From Octopus vulgaris (lineage: Eukaryota): DNA of 64,000 bases. A program made the translations under genes and the position numbers. A model generated the notes under the pieces. That model was not told where the DNA came from and ran no database searches. It was given only the letters and a program-made list of their open reading frames with translations. How positions within the stretch are numbered: the first letter of the stretch is position 1; each line of letters starts with the position of its first letter. The stretch covers positions 88,164,001-88,228,000 of the forward strand of contig OX597817.1 in NCBI GenBank assembly GCA_951406725.2, read 5' to 3'. Below are positions 26,165 through 39,174 of the stretch, piece by piece.

Positions 26165-27030
26165 ATCTTCGGATTTTTATCGACTTGACCAAGGCCTTTG
26201 ATACAATGACTCGTGAGGCACTCTGAGAAATTTTGTCAAAAGTTGGTCTTCCAGGATTAAATGATATGGATAATAGTATATCTGCACAAAAGAATGATGG
26301 CAGCAGAGATATCTGGTAGACAATGTTCAGAAGCATTTTCTGTTGCTACTGGAACCAAACAGGGCTATGTTTTAGCTTCTGTACTTTTTGCCATATTCTT
26401 TAAAATGATGCTCAAACATGCTTTTGGGGATTTCCTTGAAAATATAAGGTTCCAGTTTCGCACAGATGGAGGTCAACTAAATCTAAAAAGTCAAAGTTTC
26501 AGAACAAAGAAAAAGTCCAAGGAAGAGATTCAACATGATTTTTCTGTTTGCTGATGATTGCACTTTGACTTTTGATACATTCGAGGGAATATCGAAAATA
26601 ATCGACAAGTTTGCTGCGGCAGCTCGTGCATTTGGGTTATCAGTATCCAGGAGACTGAAGTTTTATTCCAACCGATGCCTGGGACAACACATACTCAAGA
26701 TTCAAATGTGATGATTGACAATAACTTTATGAGTACTCTTGTTGACGAAATCAATGTTACAATGTCTTGATGACGGAATTAATGTTAGAATATCTAAGGC
26801 TACAAGTGCTTTTGGAAAACATTCCCATTGTTTGTGGGGTGAATACTATATGTTAGTCTGAAAACTAAAATAAGTATATACAAATCTTATATTTTGAACA
26901 TACTTTTGTATGTGGCAGAAGCATGGACTTCCTACTAAAAGACATAGAGAAAGTTGAAACTTGTTGCATGTGCTGTCTACGCAATATTTACAACGAATGG
27001 TAAGACCATAAGGGGTCAACTTCTAGCATA
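26165..27030 (+). mobile_element. RTE (BovB-like) LINE reverse-transcriptase relic
   Basis: FIDLTKAFDT..REAL; GTKQGYVLASVLFAIF; FRTDGGQLNL; FLFADDC; RISKATSAFGK; LLYVAEAWT. Confidence 0.9.
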
Positions 27031-27059
27031 ATGGATGTTCACTTAGTGGCCATCCCTCT

Positions 27060-27091
<32 letters not shown>

Positions 27092-27476
27092 TGTATGTAT
27101 GTATGTATGTATGTATGTATGTATGTATGTATGTATGTATGAATGTATGTATGTATGCATGTATGTATGTATGTATGTATGTATGTATGCATGCATGTAT
27201 GTATGTATGTATGTATGTATGTATGTATGTATGTATGTATGTATGTATGTATGTATGTATACATATATATATAGTTGAAATTTACAGAAAAACAAAAAAC
27301 GAAGACAAGTGTACGAAGAATAAGCAGGTGTAGTAGTTTGACGCTCAGGAATGTGAAAAAGCCCTTTACGTTTCGAGTCTACGTTCACCAACAGAAAGGA
27401 ACAAGAGAAAATAAACAGGTAGAAAGAATAAAAAAAAAAACCTTGTGGATTTAGCGGTAAAGCATGGCGACATATA

Positions 27477-28370
27477 CGAGGCCTGATCAACAAGTATCCA
27501 GACTGTTGCCATAATAGCAAAGCTAAACCACGCAGAGTGAAGTTGCCTGACGAAGATTGACCTTGAAATCTGCTGTGCATGCGCATTAAGGTTTAACGTT
27601 CTAGCTCACTTCCACTCTTTATAGCAGTTCTTGGAAGGAAGGTGTGTAGCGTGTGATCGTCGCATTGACCATGACAGAGAAAGTTGTCATGGCGATACCT
27701 ACTCAGAGGCCTGTGCAAAGTTGGAGAAAGTGTGTGGGGATCTGTGTATTAGCCGCATACAAGTGTACGAGTGGTTCAGACGTTTCCACGATGGCTGAAA
27801 AATGTCGACATTGACGAAAGTTCTGGGAGACCCGCAAACAGAAGGACTGAGAAAGACATCACAGATGTGCGTGCAGCTGTGAGGGGAAATCGTCGGCACA
27901 CCATCCATGAGTAATCATCATCCGTGAGATATCAGAGAATGTGCAGATTAGTTACGGTTCAGTTCAGTCCATTATCACTGAAGATTTGGGTATGAGATGC
28001 ATGTCTGCCAAGTTTGTGCCAAAACTGCTTTCAGCTGAACAAAAGGACACTCGGATTTCAGTTGCACAAGATCTCCTTGGTTGTGTCAAGAACGATGAGA
28101 AATGTTTGAAAGCTTTGCGTAGGCCTCTGAGTAGATATCGCAAAGCTTTTGGCAAAATTTGATGCAGATTTTCTGCTCAATTTTCTCTCGTGTTCAACGC
28201 GACGATCACACACTACGCACCTTCCTTCCAAGCACTGCTGTAAACAGCAGAAGTGAGCTAGAACGTTAAAACTTAGTGCGCATGCACTGCAGATTTCAAG
28301 ATCAATCTGTACCTAGCGGCTTCACTCTGTGTGCTTTAGCTTCGTTACTATGACAACAGTACAGATGACT
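27477..28370 (+). mobile_element. Internally deleted mariner element with ~190-bp TIRs
   Basis: ta|cgaggcctgatcaa start; 27490-27668 inverted at 28194-28365; N-terminal HTH relic QVYEWFRRF, ISYGSVQSIITEDLGMRCMSAKFVPKLLS. Confidence 0.85.
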
Positions 28371-28687
28371 TCGAGTAATCTCTTGGCTAATGTCCTGAAT
28401 ATGTTCCGACGTTCGAACTGCACAGTCTCTTTGTTTTGGGGTGTTGTGCACTAACCCTACAGTATGCTACTTCTTAATCAGCACCTGTATTGTTCTCTTT
28501 GTCGGTAAGCCTTTACCCGGAAACTTGACTTAAAAAATTTCGCAACTTTGCTTAACAGAACCTGTTCTCACACACGCTTCCCAATTCTCCACGCTTTATG
28601 ATATATGTATGTATGTATGCATTATGTGTTGTGTGTGTCTCTAATATATATATATATATATGAGACACACACACGCACATAAAATAT

Positions 28688-28760
<73 letters not shown>

Positions 28761-29268
28761 CATACATACACACATACATACATATATTAAAGGAAAGCAA
28801 ACCAAAGCAGGACGAGTATCTGAGGCCATTGAGAATATTTAATTAAAGTAAGGTGAATCAAAAAGTAGAAGTAATTAATGTCATACAACTGTTTCTGGGA
28901 TATCCCAGGTAATGGGTCAACATTATATTTCACATACTCGAGTAAACTCCGACATGGCAAGATCTTCCGCTGCAGAAATAATTTCAGGAGAAAAAAAAAA
29001 TCTTTACCTTAGTGGTATGTGTAGAGACGTTGAATTAAATATTTTCGTGTGAACGTATTAAATATGACGTCGCATGAAAATATTTCATTCAACGCTGCTT
29101 TGCATGACCTTATTTGATTAGTTCTAGTACATTACCAAACGTACCTTTCGCTAATCTATTAAAAAAAAAAAAAAAATAGTTCGCTCTTTTCGGTTTGTGA
29201 AGGAAAGATTTGATATTCGAAGCAGATGACTGGAAAGAACACGGAAACGTATTTGATCTACGATCGAT

Positions 29269-29289
29269 TGACGTCAGTCACTGCCCAAT
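29269..29289. promoter_or_regulatory. Candidate CRE (TGACGTCA) plus CCAAT motif pair in non-repetitive DNA
   Basis: tgacgtca at 29269-29276, ccaat at 29285-29289; motif match only. Confidence 0.2.
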
Positions 29290-29436
29290 GTGTTTTTCAC
29301 ACATATCATCTGGAAGAGAATTTTCTCTCGAAACTATTTCCGCATCGGAAGCTCTTCCCACATCCGTGTCTACTCGAACTTGTTAAATATGACTTTAAAT
29401 GAATATAGTTCATTCAACGGTGATCCCTGCAACTTT

Positions 29437-29483
<47 letters not shown>

Positions 29484-29964
29484 ATGCTCATAGATATATG
29501 TATATCTATGTGTGTGTCGAGTGTATGTTTGCGTGTGCATGAGCACGCGTTTATCAGATGGTTTCGGTCTCGTGATCCTATAGTCCCGTGAGCCTTTTGT
29601 CTGGAGGCCTACGACCGGTTTAGACTGCTCACATCTAGTCATGTCTCACAAGAAACATTGAATGCACGGTCAATAAATAAATAAAAAACAAGGACAAGTA
29701 ACTATTATTACGCTTCATATGCTTAGAAAATATCTTCTTCAGTTTGTTGATCAGCAAGTTCCTGTTTATTTATTGTATATATAATATATTCACATTTCCC
29801 TGCTTTCCTCTTTCCTGTTTTTCTCTCTGGCTATATCTTTCTATTTATAGAGATGATCATTTTTCTTCCTCGTTCTTTTTCCCTTTCAGTTTATTACATT
29901 CCCATTTCCTCTATTTAGTCTTTGTTTTGCTATATTTCCCTTCTCATTCACTCTCAGTCACTCA

Positions 29965-30008
<44 letters not shown>

Positions 30009-30315
30009 TAATCTTGTCCTCAGAATTTTCTTTAACTAGGACACGTTCATCTCACCAGAATTCACATTTCTGGTGAGATGGACGCGTCCTACCGACCACG
30101 ACTCTAAATGGAGCAAGTCAATCTGGTATAATATATATTGTGCCCATATAGTCTATGCAAAGGAGGTCATCGTTCCCATCTCTAGCCTTACGTGATACTC
30201 ACAGACCTAGGTTACCGGGTAGTTACCCGTCCACAGTATGAGGAAACCACTTGCAAATACTATATATTTTTTAAGCGACAAACAGTCGCTATATATATAT
30301 ATATGTATGTATGTA

Positions 30316-30346
<31 letters not shown>

Positions 30347-30649
30347 TTAAATTAACCCTTTAACAGAACTTTTCATTATACCATTTGATTTCATTTTTCC
30401 GATTTCCATTTAGTCATAACTCCCAAACCTAAATGTTCAGTTCGTGAATAAACTGTTCAGATCATTTGAGTCTGAGAGAATGTAAGCAGAATCGATTTTA
30501 ATTTAATATGTGAAACAGGAATTTGCATTAATGCAGTGTGTTACATGTATGGTCCTTGTGAAGCTCAGTGAAAAGGAAAATATAAATAAATAAGTCTTGT
30601 AGCAGTTCCTCTAAATTACTCACCTGGATTTTTGGGGGGAATCAGAAAA

Positions 30650-31095
30650 CTTGTATGTATTTTGCCGGCCATCGGACTCTTCGACCGCTTCTTGTTCGAG
30701 TTTGCTATGAAGACGTTGTATGTGTGTGCTCCCATATTACCTTCCAGTTAGTTTATGGGCGCGTAGCTGTCGAAATGAGGCATTTATTGGCTTCCATGAT
30801 AGGCAAATTCCTTGTGCATTGGCTGTGTTACATTGTTGTGGATTGCATCGCAGTATAGAGCTTCCTGTAGCAGGTCGAAGGAGGGTGCATCTTGGTGGTG
30901 ACGAAGGTTGTCATTCTTTTCCTTTGGTATAGCGACTGTTGATATGAGGACTGTAGTTCTTTCGTTCGAAGTCAGCAAAAATGTAGCGGCATGTAGCATC
31001 AGAAGGTAGCATTCTCTTAACACAAAGTTACCAATTTGTTGGTAATGTAGCTTCAGAAGGCAGCAATTCTTTCGCTCGGGGTCACCACTTGTAAC
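30650..31095 (-). mobile_element. LTR-retrotransposon 5' leader: LTR end plus tRNA-Trp-type PBS
   Basis: Minus strand ..cgttaca-ag-tggtgaccccga (31076-31087), complementary to the 3' end of eukaryotic tRNA-Trp. Confidence 0.55.
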
Positions 31096-31658
31096 GATGA
31101 AGATTATTGTCGCACGTTGCATTTTGCTTGTTCACATGCTCTGCGCTCATGTTTACACATAATTTCCCCCTGTTAGACCCCTGTTTGGTCGCGAAATTAA
31201 CAGAGAAAATTATCTGTCTCGCGCATCACTCTAGCTGCTTACACTGTCGTCCTTGCTAACTCAGCAATTAACCACGACAACAGCACCAGGCCCATTTCAC
31301 TCCTGAAATACCTTCAAGGCATTTAGCATACTGCAACCCTCCAGGAAGATCTTTCATATCACGGATTCAGAATACACTCAATCGCTCACCTGAGCTTATT
31401 TTACAGTCAATTTCGAAACGTGCACCTGCACTCCTGTATTCGCCTTCACGCGCTCACACGCGCTCTTTTGCTGTACTGCTCAGTCACTGACTGCACACAT
31501 TTTGGCACGCAATGCGACACCGCTATTCGAACTAATCCGAATAGAAAGCTGTCCCGTATACACTTAAACGATCCTCACTCCTGATATGTAAAATTTCTCC
31601 TCAACCATGAATTTCTTTTTCTCCTTCGATCGTTCGTTTCCTTTCCCGGAACTTCACT

Positions 31659-31968
31659 GGCGAGGGGAATGATGTAGTAGATCTTGCAGGCATGAAGTGG
31701 ATTCGATCTACCATAGCTAAATTTAAATTAACACTTCAACAGAACTTTTCTCACAGTAAAGCAATAGTTTTTCTGTGATAGCAGTTTTACATTCGTCAGA
31801 TTGCATTAGCTAGGCCGAAATAATGGCTTCATCACTTGACCCTTTCTAACCTCTTCTATTTCACCAAAAGCTAGAATAGAGATATCACAGTACCGCCAAC
31901 GAAGCCAATTGTTCTCAATGATACGTCTATCCTTCTGGATAGTTATAAAATCAAGAACTCCAAGCAAA
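31659..31968 (+). mobile_element. Polypurine tract plus 5' part of a family X LTR (a 3' LTR, truncated)
   Basis: ggcgaggggaatga immediately before tgtagtagatcttgcagg (31673). Confidence 0.75.
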
Positions 31969-31974
31969 CAGACA

Positions 31975-32280
31975 AGTTGGAACGGATGCTTTTCCGCTTT
32001 TTATTGGAGGGTAAACCACCACTTGTGAGGCGCTCCATCTGCTGCAAGAAACCGCTTAAGGGTGGGTTAGGGATGCCTTGGTTGATGATGCACATGTACG
32101 CGCTGAAGCTGAGACACCTCTGGCTCTATCTGGATGGTGAACGGGTGTGGTCACCGCATGTTAAGTTCTTCCTGCCACAATTGACGTCTCTGCGGGTCAC
32201 GTAGAGACCGAAAATGAGAGTATGGCAGAGAGAGTGCAGGAATGCACTCACTCTGTTCTCCCGGGCGAGCAATACCGCCC
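31975..32280 (+). mobile_element. Tx1/L1-like LINE fragment
   Basis: LERMLFRFLLEGKPPLVRRSICCKKPLKGGLGMP..ALKLRHLW, typical post-RT region. Confidence 0.75.
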
Positions 32281-32282
32281 TC

Positions 32283-33016
32283 AGTACATTGCGGATTTTT
32301 CTAGCTAATTTATGTAAATTTATATCGCGGTCTCCTCAGTATATCGCGGGATTCTGTGGCCGATAGGCATTTTAATTTCTTTAGATTTTAATTATTTCTG
32401 TGGTAAAATAAGCATTTTCACGACTAAAAATTAATTAATAAATAAAAATACAGTACGGTACTGCACTGTATAACACATTAATTAAAATATATTTTTTAAA
32501 AATGCGTAGTGTACAGTAGATGAGTAAACAAAGGATTGCTCATACTGTATGGAGAATGAAACTCGGGAGGCGAGTGTGTGGTGTTCTTTTGCATTTGTGT
32601 GTAAAATTTGTTTCAAGCTCTACGATGTCACTCAAACGTTCTGCACCTTCTAAGGCTTCTGACAGTGAACCCAAGCGCCAGAGAAGGTGAGGCTCCTCGA
32701 CATGCTTAAGGAAGGGAGAAGGTATGCGGATGTAGTCCGCCAAAAGAACTTCAGAGAATGGTGGAAGATTAGGACGCCCAGAAGATTCGTGCGTTGCAGT
32801 TGAGAAATGCAGTCGATGAAACCATGGAAGTTTATAAGAACTTCTTCACACCGAAGAAAAGACAGCACCAGCAACTGACTATCACTATGTTCCTCACTCG
32901 CAAATAAAAGAGAAGACACGAGTACTCCTAAGAGTGTGGGGAGAGTTTATAAAAGCTGAAATATATAAAAATGATAAAATAAACATATACAAATTGCAAA
33001 AAGAAAAAAAAAAAAA

Positions 33017-33048
<32 letters not shown>

Positions 33049-33135
33049 ATTACAATACTGTTTCTACTTCACGGATTTTCGCCTATCGCGGTGTGTTTTG
33101 GAACGTAACGCCCGCGATAGTCGAGGGATCACTGT
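32283..33135 (+). mobile_element. Tigger/pogo-derived non-autonomous transposon
   Basis: HTH relic VRLLDMLKEGRRYADVVR; right end cccgcgatagtcgagggatcactg|ta. Confidence 0.7.
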
Positions 33136-33231
33136 ATCTTGAGCAAGAAGCACAAAATTGAAAGTTAACTGCAGGATAAATATATAAAAATGATAAAATA
33201 AATATATACAAATTGCAAAAAGTAATTAAAA

Positions 33232-33313
<82 letters not shown>

Positions 33314-33450
33314 TACAATACTGTTTCTACTTCACGGATTTTCGCCTATCGCGGGGTGTTTTGGAACGTAACGCCCGCGATAGTCGAGGGATCACTGTTT
33401 CTATATAACCTTGAGCAAGAAGCACAAAATTGAAAGTTAACTGCAGGATA
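32960..33450 (+). repeat. Tandem duplication of the transposon end plus flank (32960-33178 / 33179-33450)
   Basis: Both copies run aatatataaaaatgataaaata ... gaaagttaactgcaggata. Confidence 0.9.
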
Positions 33451-33821
33451 GAAAATGTCAAAAAAAAAAAAATCAAGAAAGATAAACGAGCGAACGGAAA
33501 TTACTGAAAGGCATAGATTTGGATAAGTTAAGGGGTGATGTTAAGGGTAGCACTTAAATATATTCTGAATTCATTGGAATTCATGTTTTTTTTGTAAAAA
33601 GAAAGTAGAAACCTAGTGGTAATCGTTAGTGACTTTGAAGAGAAGGGGAAGATACTGTTAGGAAATTATGAATTAATGCCATGAAGTTGATTTACATTCG
33701 TAGGAGAAGATGTGATGTATGTTGGGTAGAAAACGCGGTCTTAATTACGATTCATGCAGTTTACTATCGTAAAAAAGAAAAAAAGCATGAAAGTAAATTG
33801 TCCTAGAAACTGAAATATAAT

Positions 33822-34056
33822 TATTTCTTTATTGCCCACAAGGGGCTAAACATAGAGGGGACAAACAAGGACAGACAAAGGGATTACGTCGATTACAACG
33901 ATCCCAGTGCTTAACTGGTACTTATTTAATCGACCCCGAAAGGATGAAAGGTAAAGTCGACCTCAGCGGAATTTGAACTCAGAACGTACTAACGGCAGAC
34001 GAAATACCGCTAAGCATTTCGCCCGGCGTGCTAACGTTTCTGCCAGCTCGCCGCCT
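33822..34056 (-). mobile_element. SINE family A, full length
   Basis: Closely similar to 4603-4835. Confidence 0.9.
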
Positions 34057-34502
34057 AACCAAACATCCACACCTGCAAACAAATATCAAACAGTGCAGTT
34101 TCGATTATTTCCAACAGAGTCGATCCCTGCAGTAGACCGATTCAATAACAAAGATCTTAAACATTATAGCAACGTAATTGAGGATTAATATGCAGTTTAT
34201 CGTCGTAAAAAGTTTTTTTTAAATTGTCATAAATAAGAATGAAAGTACATTGCCGCAGAAATCATGAGTAATGACAGTGACTACCAAAACTGCATTAAAA
34301 GGACATAAAAGCTCCCTCATTATACAAACAATATCCACAGGCACCTATAGGTATAGTACATTTTAGTGAGGTGTTAAGTATTTCAAAAATAGTAGCTAAG
34401 GTACACCGTTCCGACATATACCTACTCACGCACACACTGAGAAGGCAGTTAGGTGGTTTGTATGTCGATACATGGTAGTGGGTAGCGATTTTCTTCACTG
34501 CT

Positions 34503-34830
34503 TCAGGGAGTGACGATCCTACCTGACACGTATCCCGGGATCAGCTGGCTCTGTTCTAACAGTACCCGGTATGGGCCCCTATCTAGGGTTACGGAAATGA
34601 GACAACCTTTAAAGAAATCCGGAGTGGAGCCCCGTAGGCGGTTTAGTGCTCGACTCGACACTCTACTGGCAGCTCCTGCAACCAAGCTGGTGCCAAACGT
34701 AATGCTATGCACTCCTTTGGACTACGTTGGCAAGGTCGAGAGAGGAATCCTGGCGATTGGGCTACCCAGGATTTTCTTACATCTAGCCCAGGCCTGCGCA
34801 AAACTGGAGAGGAAACTGGAGAGGACATGA
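34503..34830 (+). mobile_element. GC-rich retroelement fragment, possibly the 5' UTR of an RTE-type LINE
   Basis: Sharp GC island containing aaatccggagtggagcccc; assignment from recall only. Confidence 0.3.
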
Positions 34831-35015
34831 AATGTAAAAACCAAACTGGATTAGTTTATGCGCAACTCCATTGTCTCCCGAGACAAAAGAATGCCAACAA
34901 CATGATAGCCAACACAGTTTCATGTGAGCAATGCAATAATCCTGCACGGTTATGAGCTACATTGTTCCTGCGGATTCACTAAGGCAATACGAACCTATTA
35001 TTTTTCGGAGAATTT

Positions 35016-35299
35016 AGGCCGGCGCTAGGACGTGCAAGGCTCAATTAGAGAATTGTCAGTTGGACCCTCTACTCTACAAATGCTGAAGATTGATGTTTTA
35101 TGCTTCGTGTTGTACGCCAATCCCAGCTTAAAAGCATTGAAAGCTTGAGGCTCCACCGTTAGCCACAACGACATACCAAAAACTGAAAGCTCATATGAAA
35201 GTTTTAATGCTTTCTAACAAGTCAAGCGCGTGTGCGGCCCTTCCTCGGTGTAGGGCTCAAATTGAACAAATCTGTTTAATTGGCTTGAAACTGATCTTG
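35016..35299. mobile_element. hAT-like MITE, homolog of 8186-8470
   Basis: Shared ctccacc.ttagc and caaatt.gaacaaatct segments in opposite orientation. Confidence 0.55.
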
Positions 35300-35337
35300 G
35301 TCGTCACTACAAGTTCTATTGCAATATACTTCAATTT

Positions 35338-36670
35338 TAAGGCGGCGAGCTGGCAGAAGCGTTAGCACGCCGGGTGAAATGCTTAGCGGTATTTCGTCTG
35401 CCGTTAGTACGTTCTGAGTTCAAATTCCGCCGAGGTCAACTTTGCCTTTCATCCTTTCGGAGTCGATTAAATAAATACTAGTTACGTACTGGGGTCGATA
35501 TAATCGACTTAATCCGTTTGTCTGTCCTTGTTTGTCCTCTCTATGTTTAGCCCCTTGTGGGTAGTAAAGAAATAGGTATTTCGTCTGCCGTTACGTTCTG
35601 AGTTCAAATTCCGCGACTTTGCCTTTCAGGGTCGATTAAATAAGTACCAGTTAAGCACTGGGATCGATGTAGTCGACTTAATCCCTTTGTCTGTCCTTGT
35701 TTGTCCCCTCTATGTTTAGCCCCTTGTGGGCAATAAAGAAATAAGAAGCTTGCTTCTCAACCTCATGGTTCTGCGTAACACCATGGACAAGTGTCTTCTA
35801 CTATAGCCTCGGCCAGACCAAAGCCTTGTGAGTGGATTTGGCAGACGGAGTTTAGAAGAAGCCCATCGCGCGAGCGAGTGTGTCTTTGTGTCTGTGTTTG
35901 TCCCCACCACCGCTTGACAACCGGTGGTGGGGTGTTTACGTCCCCGTAACTTAGTGATTCAGCAATACAGATTGATAGAATAAGTACCAGGCCCGAAAAA
36001 AGAAGAAAAAAGGTCGATTTATTCGACTAAAAATTCTTCAAGACCGCAATCTAATGACTGAAGCAAGTAGAAGATACAAAATCCTTCTCATCCCTGAAGC
36101 CTTATCAATACCACCATTATCTACAGTTCTAAGTTCGATCCGCCTTATATTCACTATGAACGTATTGGCTGACCCGGTATCAGACCAATCGTAGGAATAA
36201 TCTTTTTTCTTTTACCTTTCTCTTTTACTCGTTTCAGTCATTAGATTGCGGCCATGCAAGGGCACCGCTGTGAAGAACTTTTAGTCGAATGAATCAACAC
36301 CAGTACTTTTTTCAGAAGCCCAGAACTTATTCTATCGTAATCTTTTGTCGAACTGCTAAGTTACAGGGTTTTAAACACACCAACACCGGTTGTCAAGCGG
36401 TGGTGGGGAACAAACACAGGCATGCACACACTCACACATACACACACACGCACGCACGCACGCACGCACGCACGCACACACACATACACACACACACACA
36501 CACATGACGGGCTTCTTTCAGTTTCTGTCTACCAAATTCATTCACAAGGCTTTGGTCGGCCCTGAGCTATAGAGGAGAAGACATTTCGTGCCCAAAGTGC
36601 CATGCAGTGGGACTGAAGCTGGAACCATGTGGTGTGAAGGCCAGCGTCTTACCAGCCACGCCTGTGCCTA
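35338..36670. mobile_element. SINE cluster: A (+, 35338-35573), partial A (+, to ~35745), B (+, ~35745-36080), B (-, ~36215-36670)
   Basis: Diagnostic heads, cores and tails as in the other copies. Confidence 0.9.
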
Positions 36671-37077
36671 TGTATTATGTCAGCATATGTAATATAAATA
36701 TGATATTATTTTGTTTTTACTATCCTAAATTAATTTTAAACGTGACTTAAATACTTAGAACTTGGTATTTTGATATGAAATTCAAATCAGAAACTCGAGC
36801 ACGCACACGCTCAACACAATATCAAATAACTAAGATTTGGATTCCGTACACATGTTGAATTGAAGGACGAGTGGGTATTTTAAAACGATGACTACGGTGT
36901 GTCTGTCAGCAATGGTTTCGTGACACTCTTGTTTATAAAGTAATTGGACACTTACTTGTTCGACTAACAGTTGCATTTCTTTGCTCTTTTCATAAAACAG
37001 ATCATACAAAGCTGAATAATAGATTAAATTTTTCTTTTATTCTTTTGTAATATCGTTAGTCTATCTATATCTATGTT

Positions 37078-37181
<104 letters not shown>

Positions 37182-37767
37182 TGAACTATTGATATATGTA
37201 CAATCATCTAAGAAAGGAAGTAAAAAGAGGATTTTCAAAACAACGGCTCCTACTATATATCAAATAGTTCTCCCTGATTACCAATTGCCAAAAATACCTT
37301 AAATTTGTTATTTTAGCGGGAAATTTAGATTATTTCAGATTTCTTTTTCTTATTATCTATGTTTATCATGGGGAATAATTTTCTTTGTGTCGATCTTTTT
37401 AATAGTGTTTAAAATCTGCTATATTTAAAACACATCTACCCGAATTGTCTTTAAACAAACATCCTTGACAAGAACAATAACTTTCGGCTCTATAAGTATT
37501 ATTGTGACTAATTCATTCAAGTCTAAAACGAATAAACTTGTCAGTGTGAGAGGTCAATGCACAATTACTGACATTGATGTTTTTTTTAAAAAATGATTGC
37601 CGAAACAGATAAAATGTTTTTAGTTCATGTCCTGTTGACACTCCCCAACTCTTGACTGGTGAGATTGAGACGATCGGTGATTAATTAGAATATGTGTAGA
37701 TGGATAGTGGCTGGAAACATCGTATATCAAACACTCAAAACGATTGCCTTTCTGAAGAAGAAGGATT

Positions 37768-38168
37768 GAGTGGGTTGTGTGGTAAGTAGCTTGCTTACCA
37801 ATCACATGGTTCCGGGTTCAGTCCCACTGCATGGCACCTTGGGCAAGTGTCTTCTACTATAGCCTTGGGCCGACCAAAGCCTTGTGAGTGAATTTGGTAG
37901 ACGGAAACTGAAAGAAGCCCGTCGTATATATGTATATGTATATATATGTGTGTGTGTATTTGTGTATCTGTGTTTGTCCCCCAACATCGCTTGACAACAG
38001 ATGCTGGTGTATTTACGTCCCCGTAACTTAGCAGTTCGGCAAAAGAGACCGATAGAATAAGTACTAGGCTTACAAAGAATAAGTCCTGGGGTCGATTTGC
38101 TCGACTAAAGGCGGTGTTCCAGCATGGCCGCAGTCAAATGACTGAAACAGGTAAAAGAGTAAAGAGTA
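37768..38168 (+). mobile_element. SINE family B, near full length
   Basis: ggttccgggttcagtccc B-box, ccttgggcaagtg, tail gtaaaagagtaaaagag. Confidence 0.9.
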
Positions 38169-39174
38169 ACTTGAAGTATTTCAAATTTTCAGATTATTTT
38201 TTTTAAAATGTAGTTTTGATTTAATGTTGATGACGATTAACAAAATCTCAATTTTTAATATAGGATTATAGGAAACATAATAGCGATGACGAGTAGAAAA
38301 GTGATGGATATGCTAGGTGAGCCTTTTGGGATTACATCTCAGTTGCTCCTGCATGCAGCAGCAGTACCGTCTCCGATATGTGAGCAGAACCCAGATTTTA
38401 ATCATCCCTAGTGGAAGATTTTGTCCACTAATTACATGGATAATCTCAGTTGATCGAAGTTTTCTATCCTACTATATTATATATATATAAGACCTTACTG
38501 AGGTATTATCCTTCAGCAATATTGTAGATACCTGTAATCAACATTACTATATTCCGTCTTTTTTAGTGTTTACTGATCAATCAGTTCTATTTCAGGCCAA
38601 CTGAACTGAATATACTTTGTTGCAGAGGTCCAATAAAACTGAAGATAGTCCGTTGCATTCATCAATTGGTTTTCAGAAAATCGGTTTCATTGTGTATAAT
38701 ATTCTTAAATTCAAATAAGCCGGTTTTCCCAGGATTACTTTCCCTTTGCGTTTTTTTAAAAATTTTATTTCGAACACCATGGACAACGTCAACTGATTTA
38801 AGTTATATATATATGACAACCTAACATATTCTAATATAGAGCATAATCTTTGTGGAAAGTTGGTTAGGGCTGAAGTAATGCGGGGTGAAGTTTTGGGGAT
38901 TAAATTTTTGTAAATAATTGGATTACGAAAGATTTTCAAATATTGAGTGGATAGTATTTTCAGCGACACTGAGAACTGTTAGTTCGGTCGTGTCATAAAA
39001 GGAAGGTTTAGTGTAAAGTCGTTATTTTCATATAAGTAGTGTGTCCAGGTGCTGCTGTAGGAGCTTAGGCTGTCATCCCAGTTGAATGATGCTTTCCAGA
39101 TCAGAGTAAATCGATACAATACGATTCTGATCTAAAATATTTAAGTTGCGCCTTTTATTTATTTTTTTTATCTC

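Noticed and set aside
38673-38969. 98-aa ORF as a host exon
   Set aside because: No recognisable domain or convincing splice sites; at most a very old retroelement relic.
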